From Candidatus Latescibacterota bacterium (GTDB lineage: Bacteria > Latescibacterota > UBA2968 > UBA8231), in the NCBI GenBank assembly GCA_965261395.1, contig OZ253462.1, forward strand, positions 1,664,001 to 1,728,000: a DNA stretch of 64,000 nucleotides, given 5' to 3'. Made by a program: the position numbers and the translations under genes. Shown piece after piece: positions 1 through 10,379 of the stretch; within the stretch, counting starts at the first letter, position 1; every line of letters starts with the position of its first letter. Under the pieces are notes generated by a model. The model was not told the DNA's origin. It saw nothing but the letters and a program-made list of their open reading frames with translations, and ran no database searches.

Positions 1-723
1 GAAGAATGCGAGCAAATATGCAGACGCGTCGACCAGATCTTCGCCGAACCCTATTTCGCCGAAATGCGGAATGTAAAAATAAGGCCAGAGCTCGATGACA
101 AAGCGCCCATCGTTGTACATCGGCTATTTGAATGCGACCGGATGTTCCGCGATCTGCTCGTGCGCGAGCCTATCATATCTATTGCCGAAACAGTCCTCGG
201 CCCACAGTGCCATTGCATGGCGCAGGGATGCATCTTGAACCGCAGGGATCTGGGTATTAACCGCTTTCACGTAGATGACAGCCTGGAATTTCCAATTGCG
301 GACGACAATATCAGCCGTCATGACAGGCGTCTGCAGATGCCCGTTTTTCGCATGTCGTTCCAGATCGCCCTGACAGACCAGGACGAAGACCAGTATGGCC
401 CCAGCCAATTCGTGCCGGGCAGCCACTATGCGGGCAGACAACCCAACGATCCAGAAAATCCAACCTTCGATGGCCAAGGCCCCACGTCCCTGCTCATGCA
501 AGCAGGTGACCTCTACCTCCTCAGTAGCCAAACCTGGCATCGCGGTGTCCCCAATACATCGGATCGCGTCCGCTACCTCTTTCATCAGGTCTATGGTCAG
601 CGTTTCGTCGCCCAGCGATTCTGGCCCTATCTCAACTATCACATGCCCGATTACGTCCTCGAAGACGCCGACGAACGCCTCCTGCGCGTTCTCGGGAAAC
701 ACCCCGAAATGGCCTATGGATAA
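1..723 (+). CDS. PhyH/phytanoyl-CoA dioxygenase family Fe(II)/2OG enzyme (5' partial)
   Basis: Frame is open from base 1 (EECEQICRR...); FHVDD, FVPGSH, AGD...WHRG motifs. Confidence 0.85.
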   Translation, partial: EECEQICRRVDQIFAEPYFAEMRNVKIRPELDDKAPIVVHRLFECDRMFRDLLVREPIISIAETVLGPQCHCMAQGCILNRRDLGINRFHVDDSLEFPIADDNISRHDRRLQMPVFRMSFQIALTDQDEDQYGPSQFVPGSHYAGRQPNDPENPTFDGQGPTSLLMQAGDLYLLSSQTWHRGVPNTSDRVRYLFHQVYGQRFVAQRFWPYLNYHMPDYVLEDADERLLRVLGKHPEMAYG

Positions 724-770
724 GCCGCCACGCAACATTAGGCGTAAAATTCACTTGAAAGGGGATATAG

Positions 771-1558
771 ATGCTTACCGAAAAGCAGGTTGAAGCGTAT
801 AAACGCGATGGTTATGTCAAAGCCGAAGGGCTTTTACCCCGGACGAGGTTGAGGAATTTGGGTCAGCAATGAACTGGATTATCAAAGAATGGTGGGGCGA
901 AGAGAGCATGGGCTGGCGTGGACCGTGGCGTGACGAGTATTTGTCTGAAGCAGAGCGCAAGAATACCAAAGCGGTATTTATCGGCAATCCGCAATTCTAT
1001 TCCGCGGCGTGGGGACGGATTATCTTCCACGAGGGGCTTGTCGGGTGTCTCCAAACCCTGATCGGCCCCGCCGTTCAGTGGCACCACACAATTTTGCACG
1101 GCAAGCCGCCGGAGTTAGGCACCCCGTTCCCGATGCATCAGGACTATCCGTTTTACCCGCACGACGGTCCAGATTTTGTCGATTGCCTCGTTCACCTTGA
1201 TGATACGCCCCTTGATAGTGGATGTCTGCATGTCGTTCCCGGCAGCCACAAGAACGGGCCGCTCGAACACATCACAGGTGAACATACCCGTCCCTATCTC
1301 CCGACAGAGCAATACCATCCCGACAAAGTAGAGACAGTCCCTATCCCCGCAAAGGCTGGAGACGTGATCTTCTTCAGCTATCTCACGATTCACTGGTCCA
1401 ACGTCAACAGGACCGACAAATGGCGAAAGTCGGTGCGTATTGGCTATCACGCACCACAGATGCACCCGCTTGGAATGGATGCAACACAGCCTAACCATAA
1501 GATCATGGCTGGCGGTTTGAAAAATAGGGGGCAGGAGCCGAAGGTGACGTACCGTTGA
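771..1558 (+). pseudogene. PhyH family dioxygenase with 1-nt frameshift near 831-840 (pseudogene or sequencing indel)
   Basis: RBS + ATG at 771 gives MLTEKQVEAYKRDGYV (typical PhyH N-terminus); one added T in CTTTTACCCC joins it to ORF 869..1558 (MHQDY, VVPGSH, IHWS). Confidence 0.8.
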
Positions 1559-1587
1559 GTTGAACAATGTATTTTTTCTAAAAGAAA

Positions 1588-3069
1588 TCACTGCGGCGTC
1601 ACGTCTCCCGCAAAGGGTCCGTACATGCCCTTCCCCCATTCGATCCGCGCCGTTTCCACATTTGCGACAACTTTGGGATCGGCCGGCGCGGATGCGATCT
1701 CTGCACCATCCTGGGCAATCGCGATCCGGTCACCATCAGCGATGAACTCAAGTGTGGTTTCTCCCTCTCTCCAAGCCACTGGACCCGCGACGCATCCCGG
1801 CTTGCGCAGCCGGTGCACCGTCCGATACTCGTTCCAGACCTCGTCGTCGTGCAGAAACTCCATTCTCATGTCCCGTTCCGAACACCCCTTCGCGCTTGTC
1901 GAGATGAAGAGCGAATCATCCATCGGGACCATACCCGTTGTTCGATTGCCCCAGCCGTTCCAGACGACCTCCTCGCCGTGAATCTCGTTGTAGCCGACGA
2001 CCCGATCTTCCCAAGGGTGGTTCATCTCATCCGTGATTGCAGGATGCTCGAACATCCTGCGGACAAAGTGCCATTCGTCACCGTGGCGATCGTAGCGCCA
2101 TAACTCGGCCCACGGCCAAATCCCCACGTATATATCTCCTCCGAACAGGCAGATCGTCTGCGCCTCGCGGACGGCGGTTGAAACACCGGGCATCACCGGC
2201 GGCCAATCCTCCAGGTGACGTAGCGCCGTCCCCTTTTTCGCGTATTCCAAGAGGTTCCCGGTCGGATAATGGCCGATCAGCATTCGATCGTACCAGTCCA
2301 ACATCGAATAGAGCTGGTGACTGATGCCCTTCTGCGACTGGCGAATGATCCTCCACGCCGAGCCGTCGAAGGCATAGACTCCTCCGACGTTCGAGGACTG
2401 AATGGTCTCGTCACCTAGTTGCCCGGCGGAGAAAGAGGTTTCGCCCGCGTAGCGAAGATCCAGCGTGATCGCCTTGTCCAGATCGAGCGGACCATCGCCC
2501 GACCGCCAGGGAACCGCATGAAGCTTGCTCCATTCGGGGTCGTTGTTCTGATAGAAGACGAGATGGCCGTGGGAGTAATAGAAATGGTGGTAATGGCCCT
2601 CGTCGGGCTTCATCAGGATCTTCGCACCGTCGTACCATGCCTCGCCGCCCTTGAACTGAAGCAGTTTTCCGGCCAGACGCATCATCCCCTCGCCGCTTGT
2701 CGTCTCCTTGACGCCAAACCTTTCATCGACAACCCAAGTCTTGGATTGGTCATCGTACCATCGCGCGGTGCGATCGAGATGATTACTGAACTGGTAAACC
2801 TTGCCGTCAAGGTCGAACAGATAGTTGCCACCGTCGTCGGATGGAAACGGCAACTTCTCGTAAGTCACCTCTCCACCGTCGTGACGAACGAAAAACTGCA
2901 GCGTCCATCGGTCCATGCGGAAGTGCGTGTTGAAAAGCCCCATGAACCCCGCGCCAAACAGCACCTGACCGTCGCTATCTCGGGCTTCAAACACGGTCCC
3001 TATGTTCTGCCCGAGATCTTCCCCGAAGTTCACCTTCGCAGTGATCTGCATGCCTATCCTCGTACTCAT
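1588..3069 (-). CDS. Hypothetical protein, probable beta-propeller-like fold
   Basis: 493-aa ORF, W/G/Y-rich strand repeats (GGVYAFDG, ELWRYD). Confidence 0.7.
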   Translation of the reverse strand: MSTRIGMQITAKVNFGEDLGQNIGTVFEARDSDGQVLFGAGFMGLFNTHFRMDRWTLQFFVRHDGGEVTYEKLPFPSDDGGNYLFDLDGKVYQFSNHLDRTARWYDDQSKTWVVDERFGVKETTSGEGMMRLAGKLLQFKGGEAWYDGAKILMKPDEGHYHHFYYSHGHLVFYQNNDPEWSKLHAVPWRSGDGPLDLDKAITLDLRYAGETSFSAGQLGDETIQSSNVGGVYAFDGSAWRIIRQSQKGISHQLYSMLDWYDRMLIGHYPTGNLLEYAKKGTALRHLEDWPPVMPGVSTAVREAQTICLFGGDIYVGIWPWAELWRYDRHGDEWHFVRRMFEHPAITDEMNHPWEDRVVGYNEIHGEEVVWNGWGNRTTGMVPMDDSLFISTSAKGCSERDMRMEFLHDDEVWNEYRTVHRLRKPGCVAGPVAWREGETTLEFIADGDRIAIAQDGAEIASAPADPKVVANVETARIEWGKGMYGPFAGDVTPQ

Positions 3070-3171
3070 CTAGCCTCTGGTTGTCACCCTGAGTGAAGAG
3101 GAGAGTACCTCTACGACTTTGGTGCGGATTGTTAAATTGTTAAGATGTATAGATGCATAGGGATTATAAAA

Positions 3172-3273
3172 GGCCTTTAGATGTGTGTCCAGCGGTGTAG
3201 TTGTCCTACGCCGTAACGCAAGCGAGGCCGCCCCAAAAACACCTACACCGCTTGACCTGACCTCCTAAAGGCC
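3172..3273. repeat. Long imperfect inverted repeat / stem-loop
   Basis: GGCCTTTAG (3172-3180) pairs with CTAAAGGCC (3265-3273); AGCGGTGTAG (3191-3200) pairs with CTACACCGCT (3243-3252). Confidence 0.6.
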
Positions 3274-3280
3274 CTTTGGA

Positions 3281-4144
3281 ATGGAAAAATTCGCCAAACT
3301 CGGCTCCACCGACCTCAAGGTCAGTCGCCATGGATTCGGTGCGGCGCGCATCGGTGCCGGCGTTCCCCTCAACCAGATAGAGAGCCTGCTCGACAGCCTC
3401 ATCGATCTAGGCATCACCTTCATCGACACCGCTGACTGCTACGCCCGGAGCGAAGAACTCATCGGCCGCTATCTCGGCAACCGCATCGGCGAGTTCGTCA
3501 TAGCCACCAAGTGCGGCTGTATCACTGACGGCGATGAGGGAGAGGCGTATTCCCGCGCCGTTATCGAGCGCAGCATCGACCGGTCGCTCAAGCGGATGGG
3601 TCTCGAGTGTCTCGATCTCGTCTTCCTGCACACCTGTTCGGCCGAGATATTGCGCGCCGGCGAGGCGGCGGATGCCCTACTGCGGGCGCGCGACGCCGGC
3701 AAGGTGCGCTACCTAGGCTATAGCGGCGATGATGAAGATGCCATGCAGGCGATCTCGCTGGGGATTTTCGACGCGCTCCAGGTGACCTTCAACATCCTCA
3801 ATCAGGATGCTCTGGATGAGGTGCTGCCGGCAGCCGCAGGCACCGGCATGGGCGTGGTGGCCAAACGCCCTATTGCCAACGCTAGGCTGCTGCCCAAGGA
3901 CTCGCCGCATTATCACGCTGGTCCTTACTGGGATCCCGTGCGCTCCTTGCTGACGGATGAAGGGGCATGGGACGATCCGCTGGCGTATTCTTTGCGCTTT
4001 ACCTTGTCACATCCGGTGATCACTTCGGCCATCATCGGTACAACCGACCCCGTGCACGCGCGGGAGAACGCCAAACGAGCCCAGGCCGAACCGCTCTCGC
4101 CGCTGTTGCTAGATGCGCTCCACAAGCTGCGTCCGGGAGACTAA
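3281..4144 (+). CDS. Aldo/keto reductase
   Basis: LGSTDLKVS, FIDTADCY, SEELIG, IATKCG, SLKRMG...DLVFLH, GKVRYLGYS. Confidence 0.92.
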   Translation: MEKFAKLGSTDLKVSRHGFGAARIGAGVPLNQIESLLDSLIDLGITFIDTADCYARSEELIGRYLGNRIGEFVIATKCGCITDGDEGEAYSRAVIERSIDRSLKRMGLECLDLVFLHTCSAEILRAGEAADALLRARDAGKVRYLGYSGDDEDAMQAISLGIFDALQVTFNILNQDALDEVLPAAAGTGMGVVAKRPIANARLLPKDSPHYHAGPYWDPVRSLLTDEGAWDDPLAYSLRFTLSHPVITSAIIGTTDPVHARENAKRAQAEPLSPLLLDALHKLRPGD

Positions 4145-4148
4145 CTCA

Positions 4149-5736
4149 ATGCCGGTTCCCCCCGACTATCGAATCATCTACAACTGGGATGGCGCCCCCC
4201 ATGGATATTCTCCGGTGCCGCAGTCGCTGGAGGATTTTCTCGAAAAGGTGTATGCCCCCCTCGAAGACACCCAAGTCGGCGCCCTGTTCTGGAGCGCGGG
4301 CGGCCGGGGTTCACGCTGGCCCAGCGAGGTGGTGGAATTTATCGGCGACGCTCGGGAGCGTCCCTACTCCAGTGCCGCAGCATACAACGGTACTGAGAAC
4401 ATCCTGCAGATGTACGACCGCGGTGAAGATCCTCAGGAGGCCTTGATCGCGCGGGGGCACGAGCTCGGTCTCGATGTTTACGCCTCCGTGCGCATGAACG
4501 ACAACCATTTTGGCGGTGCCCAGGTCGCCGACCTGAACGCGCTGTACAAAGCACACCGCGTCGAAGCCTTGCGGCATGGGCACCCGGAGTGGGTGCTGGG
4601 GGAACGCACCTCGGAGTGGTTTGCCCTGTCCTGGAACATGGCAGTGCCCGAAATCAGACAGCATCGCTTCAATCACGTCGAAGAGATCTGCCGGCGTTAT
4701 GACTGGGATGGCGTCGAGCTCGACTGGCAGCGTCACGCCTTCCACTTCCCCGACGACGAAGGATACCGGCTGCGCTACCTGCTTACCGATTTGCAGCGAG
4801 CCATCCGCCAGATGACCGAGGCTCTTGGACGAGAGCGAGGCCGCCCCGTTTTCCTAGCGGCGCGAGTCTCTGGATCACTCGAGATGTGCCGCCGCATCGG
4901 TTACGACATCCCTACCTGGATCGAGGAGGGACTCGTCGATCTCCTCATTCCGGCGGGTAACGCCGTCACGGACGCCAGCATCGACGTCGCGGGGTTCGCA
5001 AAGCTGTGCGAGGGAACGGACGTCGCCGTCTATCCCGGCTTGGACAGCAATCTTCCCGATCCCTTCGTCGGCCCGGAAGAGCAGGATGAGAAGGATCGCC
5101 TGCGCACGCGCGCCATCGCCAGCCGCTATCACCGTGCGGGTGCTTCGGGCATATACGTCTTCAACTGGCACGCCAACCGCGACTCGAAGCGGCCGCTGCT
5201 GACGACGATAGGATCCCTTGAGACCCTTGGCCGCTACGGACAAGATCTACGCGGCCACCCATCGTTACATACAGCGAGAGGGGGCCTGGCGTGGTGCCTT
5301 CCGCATCGACCGGATCTACGGTCAGGTGCCGGTCGACCTCGTCAGGACGCTGACCGGGGAGGGGCCCACTGTCACGCTCGAGATCGCCGAGGATTTCGAT
5401 GCCCACATGCCAGCTTCGCTGCAGCTGCGACTGCGGGTGAACGAGTGGACGAACAGGGACTCAGTGCAGGTATGGTGGGACGGAGTGGAGCTCGAGCCAC
5501 CGCAGATCGACTATTGCAGGCTCGAGGATCCCTCGCCCCCTGGCGGAGCCTTTCAACCATTGCCGCGCTGGCGAGACCTAGCTGAAGTGAGCAGTGCGGT
5601 TTGGCTTAGCTGGAACTTCAGCGAGAGCGGAGTGTCGGCGGGTGAGCACGCGGTCCGACTCGCGGTGCAGGAACGCAATCCGCAAGTCGCAGCAGGCCTG
5701 ACCCTCACTGACGTCGAATTCGTCGTGCGGTACTAG
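4149..5736 (+). pseudogene. Glycoside hydrolase-like (GHL10/DUF187-type TIM barrel) protein, frameshifted near 5224
   Basis: RIIYNWDG, SVRMNDNH, DGVELDWQRH, WIEEGLVD, GIYVFNW; extra C in GAGACCCTTGG separates ORF 4113..5585 from its continuation 5218..5736 (LAATDKIYAA...VEFVVRY). Confidence 0.7.
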
Positions 5737-5786
5737 AATTTCGCAACCGCAAAGAGCCATTTCAACAGAGAGGGGGCGATCAGACT

Positions 5787-7040
5787 TTGAAGGTCACCGA
5801 TATCGACATCCACCGGGTAACGCTGCAGTACGACGAGGCCAGGGCCTATGAGCTCATTCACTACCACGACCTGACTCAGCGCACCATTTACGTCGCCCAC
5901 ACCGACAGCGGCCTGATCGGCCTGGGGGAGTCGGAGGGGGTCGAAAAACAGGAGGTGCTGGACCAGTACATCGGCTCGAATCCATTCGACTGGTTAGGCG
6001 ACGAGACCTCCCTCGGTTTGGGGACGGCGATGTACGACCTCATGGGTAAAGCCGCCGGCGTTCCCGTGTACAAGCTCTTCGGCCAGAAGTATCGCTCCTG
6101 GGTTGCTGTCGCGGCGTGGACGGTGAGCACGCATCCCGACCGCATGGCCAGAGCCGTGTTGGCCTACGCTAGGCAGGGCCACACGTGGATGAAGTTCCAT
6201 CTGTCCCCTTTCGAAAACGTGATCGATCAGACCGAGGCCATGCAGAAGGTGGCACCCAAGGGGTTCAAGCTGCACTACGATTTCACCATGCACGGCACCG
6301 AAGACTACATGCCGGGTTTGCTCGACAAACTGTCCGAATACGAGATCGCCGGCTGCTTCGAGGATCCTCTGCCCGGCGAGAACGTTGACGGTTACATAGA
6401 GTTGCGCCAGCGCTCGCGCCGGCCCATCGTACTGCACCACTTCCCGACCGGGGCCACCTATGAAGTCTATCGCCGACCTGCTGACGCATACATGCTGGGC
6501 CATGCAAAAATCGGCGACGCGGTGCGCAAGGCCGGCCTGTTCGCGGCCAGCGACAGCCCTTTCATGCTGCAGAACACGGGTAGCGACATCATCCGCGCCA
6601 TGAACGTCCACATGATGGCGGCCTTCCCCACAGCGAACTTCCACTTCGTCAACGCCACCACCGAAGTATCGAGCGAACGTTTCGTCACCGAACCCCTGAA
6701 TCCGATCAACGGCTTCATTCGCGTGCCCGAGCAACTAGGTCTCGGAGTCGAGTTGGACATGAATGAGGTGAAGCGCCTCGAGCAGATCCGGCCAAGGTCG
6801 AAACCGAAGTTCATCATCGTGTGCAAGTACGACAGTGGGGCGACCCTCTACACCCGCCCCGACCCTGAAAACCCGCATTTCATGGTCCGGCCGGACTGGA
6901 GCCGCACGTTGATGCCGGTGAGCTTCGTGGCGCCGTTGAAGACCGAGTACTGGGATGACGACGGCTCAGTGAACTTCAACGCCATGATGGCGCGTCTCGA
7001 GCGAGATGGGGCCGTTTTGGAAGGCGGCGACGAAGGCTGA
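5787..7040 (+). CDS. Mandelate racemase/muconate lactonizing enzyme (enolase superfamily) with C-terminal extension
   Basis: HTDSGLIGLGE, AMYDLMGKAAGVPVYKLFG, FEDP, GLGVELD; RBS before TTG start. Confidence 0.85.
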   Translation: MKVTDIDIHRVTLQYDEARAYELIHYHDLTQRTIYVAHTDSGLIGLGESEGVEKQEVLDQYIGSNPFDWLGDETSLGLGTAMYDLMGKAAGVPVYKLFGQKYRSWVAVAAWTVSTHPDRMARAVLAYARQGHTWMKFHLSPFENVIDQTEAMQKVAPKGFKLHYDFTMHGTEDYMPGLLDKLSEYEIAGCFEDPLPGENVDGYIELRQRSRRPIVLHHFPTGATYEVYRRPADAYMLGHAKIGDAVRKAGLFAASDSPFMLQNTGSDIIRAMNVHMMAAFPTANFHFVNATTEVSSERFVTEPLNPINGFIRVPEQLGLGVELDMNEVKRLEQIRPRSKPKFIIVCKYDSGATLYTRPDPENPHFMVRPDWSRTLMPVSFVAPLKTEYWDDDGSVNFNAMMARLERDGAVLEGGDEG

Positions 7041-7165
7041 CACCAGCTGAAGCGCGGCACGACTGGTGCTGCGAGGCCGGCGCCGTCACTTTGGCCCTGC
7101 CCTCTTCCCAGTCGACACAGGTGCCCGCCTGCACCCGGTCGAAAGCAGCCTGTACGCGGATCAGC

Positions 7166-9301
7166 TCATCGCCCTGCAACACGTCCTCGATTATATGGAT
7201 CGCCCTTACCGTTTGCTTGCAGATGCAGGACGCTCATGCCGTAGACGATGAGGCGAGGAATGGTGAAGCGGACGTTTGATCCGCTCTTTTTGTGCTCGAG
7301 CACAATTGGCTCTCGCATCTCCGGATAGTGCCATTCAACCCGCTCTACCTGCAAGCCGTCGGGTATTTCACACTCTGCTTGGAGCGGCCCGACCGGAAGC
7401 GGTATTTCGATTGCGGCCTCCTCATCCTGCTGGTAGTTGATCCAGTGAATGACCACCGCGTCCACATCCTGTGGACGCCATGCCCGCACCCGCACGAACC
7501 AAGGGGCATCGGTGACCAGCCGGGGCCGGCCGACGAACTGTTCCAGCTCCAACAGAAACCGTTGACCAAAGGTATCGTCTTCGAGCTTGGGAAAAATCGG
7601 CATCTCTTGCGGGATTCCCTTGATCGGCATCGTCTCCGGAGTCCAGGGTCCGTCGGGAATGTACATCCCCCCTCCCATGCGGCCGGCGATCGATCCTGCG
7701 GCCGGCGATGCTCTCAGAGCTTGAAGCAGCGGCTCCTCGTGCGGCGACCCATCGACGTCGAGACGGCCACTATTGCCCGTAAATACCAGACGGCCTCCTG
7801 CGCGGACGAACGCTGCTAACCACTCGCCTTCCGCCGCACTCAGTCTCTGTATTTCCGGTAAAACGAGGACCTCGTAGTCACCGGCGCGCTCCATTAACTG
7901 TTCGTCGAGGATGATGTCGAAGAACCAGTGGCTGTCCTCTAGATGTTGTCCGAGTCGCTTGAGCGCGTCGAGACAATCCATCTCCGCTTGCATCTCGGCT
8001 CTCTTGGGATAGACGAGGGCGATCTGAGACCACGGGGTCGCCGGGTGAAGCAGCTTTTCGTGGTGGAACATGAATCGCTGGTAGCGAATGACGGGGCCGT
8101 AATAATCCTCCGGCGCAACATTGACGCTTTCTTCCTGATCAAGGCGTGGAGGTCCGGCGTGAAAGGCCAGCGCCGTGCCGTGATGGGCCAGCGCCTCGGC
8201 AGCCCAGATGCGCCAACGCTTGTAGTCGTACTTGTTTATGACGAAGGGTCTGCCGCCACCGGCGGCGTACATGAAGCGGGATGGCAAACCCATGTCTGCG
8301 AGGTATCCCTGAGCGAGCGAGCTGATCGCCTTGGATGGCCCCTGGCTGTACCAGATATAGTCCTCCCCCCTCGCCCACAACTCCTGCGGCAGCAGACAGC
8401 GCTCGTCGTGCGGTCGGAAATCGTATTTGTGATTCCATTGCGCTAGGAGCAGGTCCGGTTTGAGCGATCGCCCGTATTCAATGAAAACTTCGTCGAAGGA
8501 CTCTTTGCGTTTCAGGTCGGACCCTTGGGCCAGGACGAACTGCAAACGGGCTGCCAGCTCTTCCGAGCAGTCGGAACTCGCCGTGAACACGTCGGGCACC
8601 TCCTCTAGGTCGGCGATTCCGAAAATCCCCTGAATCTCTTCTGTGGTCAGTCGCGTGCCCAGAAAACGGCGCGCATAGTCGGAGCAGTATTGGCAGTGGC
8701 AGAGGGACTCGTAGTGGTGGGTGGCATTGAAGCCGTCGAGACCAAGCTCGATGCCCTTGTACACCATCGCCTTAAGGACCGCCAACCACTTTGGATTGCT
8801 CATGCAGCCGCGATAGGTGCGATAGGGTCGGCCCGGTATGGTGTGCCATTTGAGCGATCCATCGGCATTGCGCTGCAGGCCCTCTTCAACGGCAGCGCAC
8901 GGCGGTGGTCCCAGCAGATCGTCGGTCCACATGCGCGCCCACTTCTCGCCGAACAGGCCGAGTCGCTCCTCGTGATCCCCGAAGTGCATGGTTGTCGACA
9001 ACTGGCCGGTGACGAGTGCGCCGGCTTCCTGTATTTGAGGAATGACCTCGGCGGCCAAGTCCAGGTTGGCCTTCGCACTCCGCAAGGGCATGCCCGACCA
9101 CGACGGTTCGATATTCTCATCGCCGACAAGCGAATAGAAATCGACTCCAAAGTTCCCCACCTGCACCAACTGGATCCTAGCTCGGCGCACGTGATCGACG
9201 ACCTGAGACGCGGCGGGCAGGGTCCAGTGCTCGATGATGCGGCTTATGCGGCGATGTGCATCCATTTTCTGCCTCGCTTGATTTCCCATTGCGATGCCCA
9301 C
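7166..9301 (-). CDS. Hypothetical protein, GH42/beta-galactosidase-like with trimerisation-domain-like C-terminus
   Basis: 711 aa; CMSNPKW, LGLDG, CHCQYC; YEVLVLPEIQRLS...FVRAGGRLVFTG. Confidence 0.65.
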   Translation of the reverse strand: MGIAMGNQARQKMDAHRRISRIIEHWTLPAASQVVDHVRRARIQLVQVGNFGVDFYSLVGDENIEPSWSGMPLRSAKANLDLAAEVIPQIQEAGALVTGQLSTTMHFGDHEERLGLFGEKWARMWTDDLLGPPPCAAVEEGLQRNADGSLKWHTIPGRPYRTYRGCMSNPKWLAVLKAMVYKGIELGLDGFNATHHYESLCHCQYCSDYARRFLGTRLTTEEIQGIFGIADLEEVPDVFTASSDCSEELAARLQFVLAQGSDLKRKESFDEVFIEYGRSLKPDLLLAQWNHKYDFRPHDERCLLPQELWARGEDYIWYSQGPSKAISSLAQGYLADMGLPSRFMYAAGGGRPFVINKYDYKRWRIWAAEALAHHGTALAFHAGPPRLDQEESVNVAPEDYYGPVIRYQRFMFHHEKLLHPATPWSQIALVYPKRAEMQAEMDCLDALKRLGQHLEDSHWFFDIILDEQLMERAGDYEVLVLPEIQRLSAAEGEWLAAFVRAGGRLVFTGNSGRLDVDGSPHEEPLLQALRASPAAGSIAGRMGGGMYIPDGPWTPETMPIKGIPQEMPIFPKLEDDTFGQRFLLELEQFVGRPRLVTDAPWFVRVRAWRPQDVDAVVIHWINYQQDEEAAIEIPLPVGPLQAECEIPDGLQVERVEWHYPEMREPIVLEHKKSGSNVRFTIPRLIVYGMSVLHLQANGKGDPYNRGRVAGR

Positions 9302-9360
9302 AGTTTACGGTGCGCTCGACGATTCACAAAATGCTGCAATTGCCTTAGGGAGACAGATAC

Positions 9361-10362
9361 ATGATTAAACTAGGTATGATCGGCTGTGGCGGCATGGGGG
9401 GTGCCCACATGCGGCGGTTTCACACCCTGAGCGATCGGGTCGCATTGGCTGCGGCGGTCGATGTTGTTCCAGAGCGCGCAGCAGCCGTCGCGCAACAATT
9501 TCCAGGAGCCTGTGTGGCGACGGATTATCGCGAGATTTTAGACTCGGTAGATGCCGTATTGCTCGCGCTACCCCACCATTTGCACTCTTCCGTCGGACAG
9601 GCGTGTCTCAATGCTGGCGTTCACGTCTTGCTCGAAAAACCCATGGCCAATGACGAAGTCGCCTGCCAAGAACTGATTGCGGCATCTGCAACCTCGGGTA
9701 GAGTGCTGATGATTGCGTATTGCATGCGCTTTCATCCCATTGTCCAGCGTCTGCAAGCATTGTTAGATGAAGGCGCGTACGGCGATGTATTTCAAGTGTC
9801 GATCTGGACCGAGCAACTCACTCGCTATCCCCCCGATCACTGGGCTGCGAGCCAAGAGCGCTTGGGCGGAGGGCAGTTGTTTAGTCATGGCTGTCACTAC
9901 ATCGATTTGCTGCTCTGGTTTTTGGGGCGACCCGTGCGCGGCATACACATGGGCACCAATTTTGGTACGCCGTGGATGGAGCGCGAAGGCACGAGCAATG
10001 TGACGATGGAATTTGCCGATGGCCGCCTGGGCTATCACTTCGGCACCTGGGGCGCGCGGGGCACTCGGTTGCGCTACTCAATCCACGCGCATTGCACAGA
10101 AGGTTTGCTCGATGCCGATATCTCAGGCGGCAAACTCGTGCATATCCTACGCGGCCAAGAAAAAGTTTTGTTCGAAGCAGAGCCGGGCAAACACACGGAA
10201 AACGAGATGGCCCATTTTCTCGATTGCATTGCAACCGGGCAAACACCGCTGACCGATGGCAAAAGCAGCTTGCAGGGCTTGCGCGTGATCTGGCAGCTAT
10301 ACGAAGCCGAGCAAGCAGGGCATATTGCAGATTTGACGGGCTTGGGTTTGGACGAGGCCTAA
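9361..10362 (+). CDS. Gfo/Idh/MocA family oxidoreductase
   Basis: IGCGGMG, HVLLEKPMA, GGGQLFSHGCHYIDL. Confidence 0.93.
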   Translation: MIKLGMIGCGGMGGAHMRRFHTLSDRVALAAAVDVVPERAAAVAQQFPGACVATDYREILDSVDAVLLALPHHLHSSVGQACLNAGVHVLLEKPMANDEVACQELIAASATSGRVLMIAYCMRFHPIVQRLQALLDEGAYGDVFQVSIWTEQLTRYPPDHWAASQERLGGGQLFSHGCHYIDLLLWFLGRPVRGIHMGTNFGTPWMEREGTSNVTMEFADGRLGYHFGTWGARGTRLRYSIHAHCTEGLLDADISGGKLVHILRGQEKVLFEAEPGKHTENEMAHFLDCIATGQTPLTDGKSSLQGLRVIWQLYEAEQAGHIADLTGLGLDEA

Positions 10363-10379
10363 TAAGATGCATTGGCCGC

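Noticed and set aside
7041-7251. Short ORF 7066..7251 as a real gene or remnant
   Set aside because: Overlaps the 3' end of 7166..9301 on the other strand and has no recognisable motif
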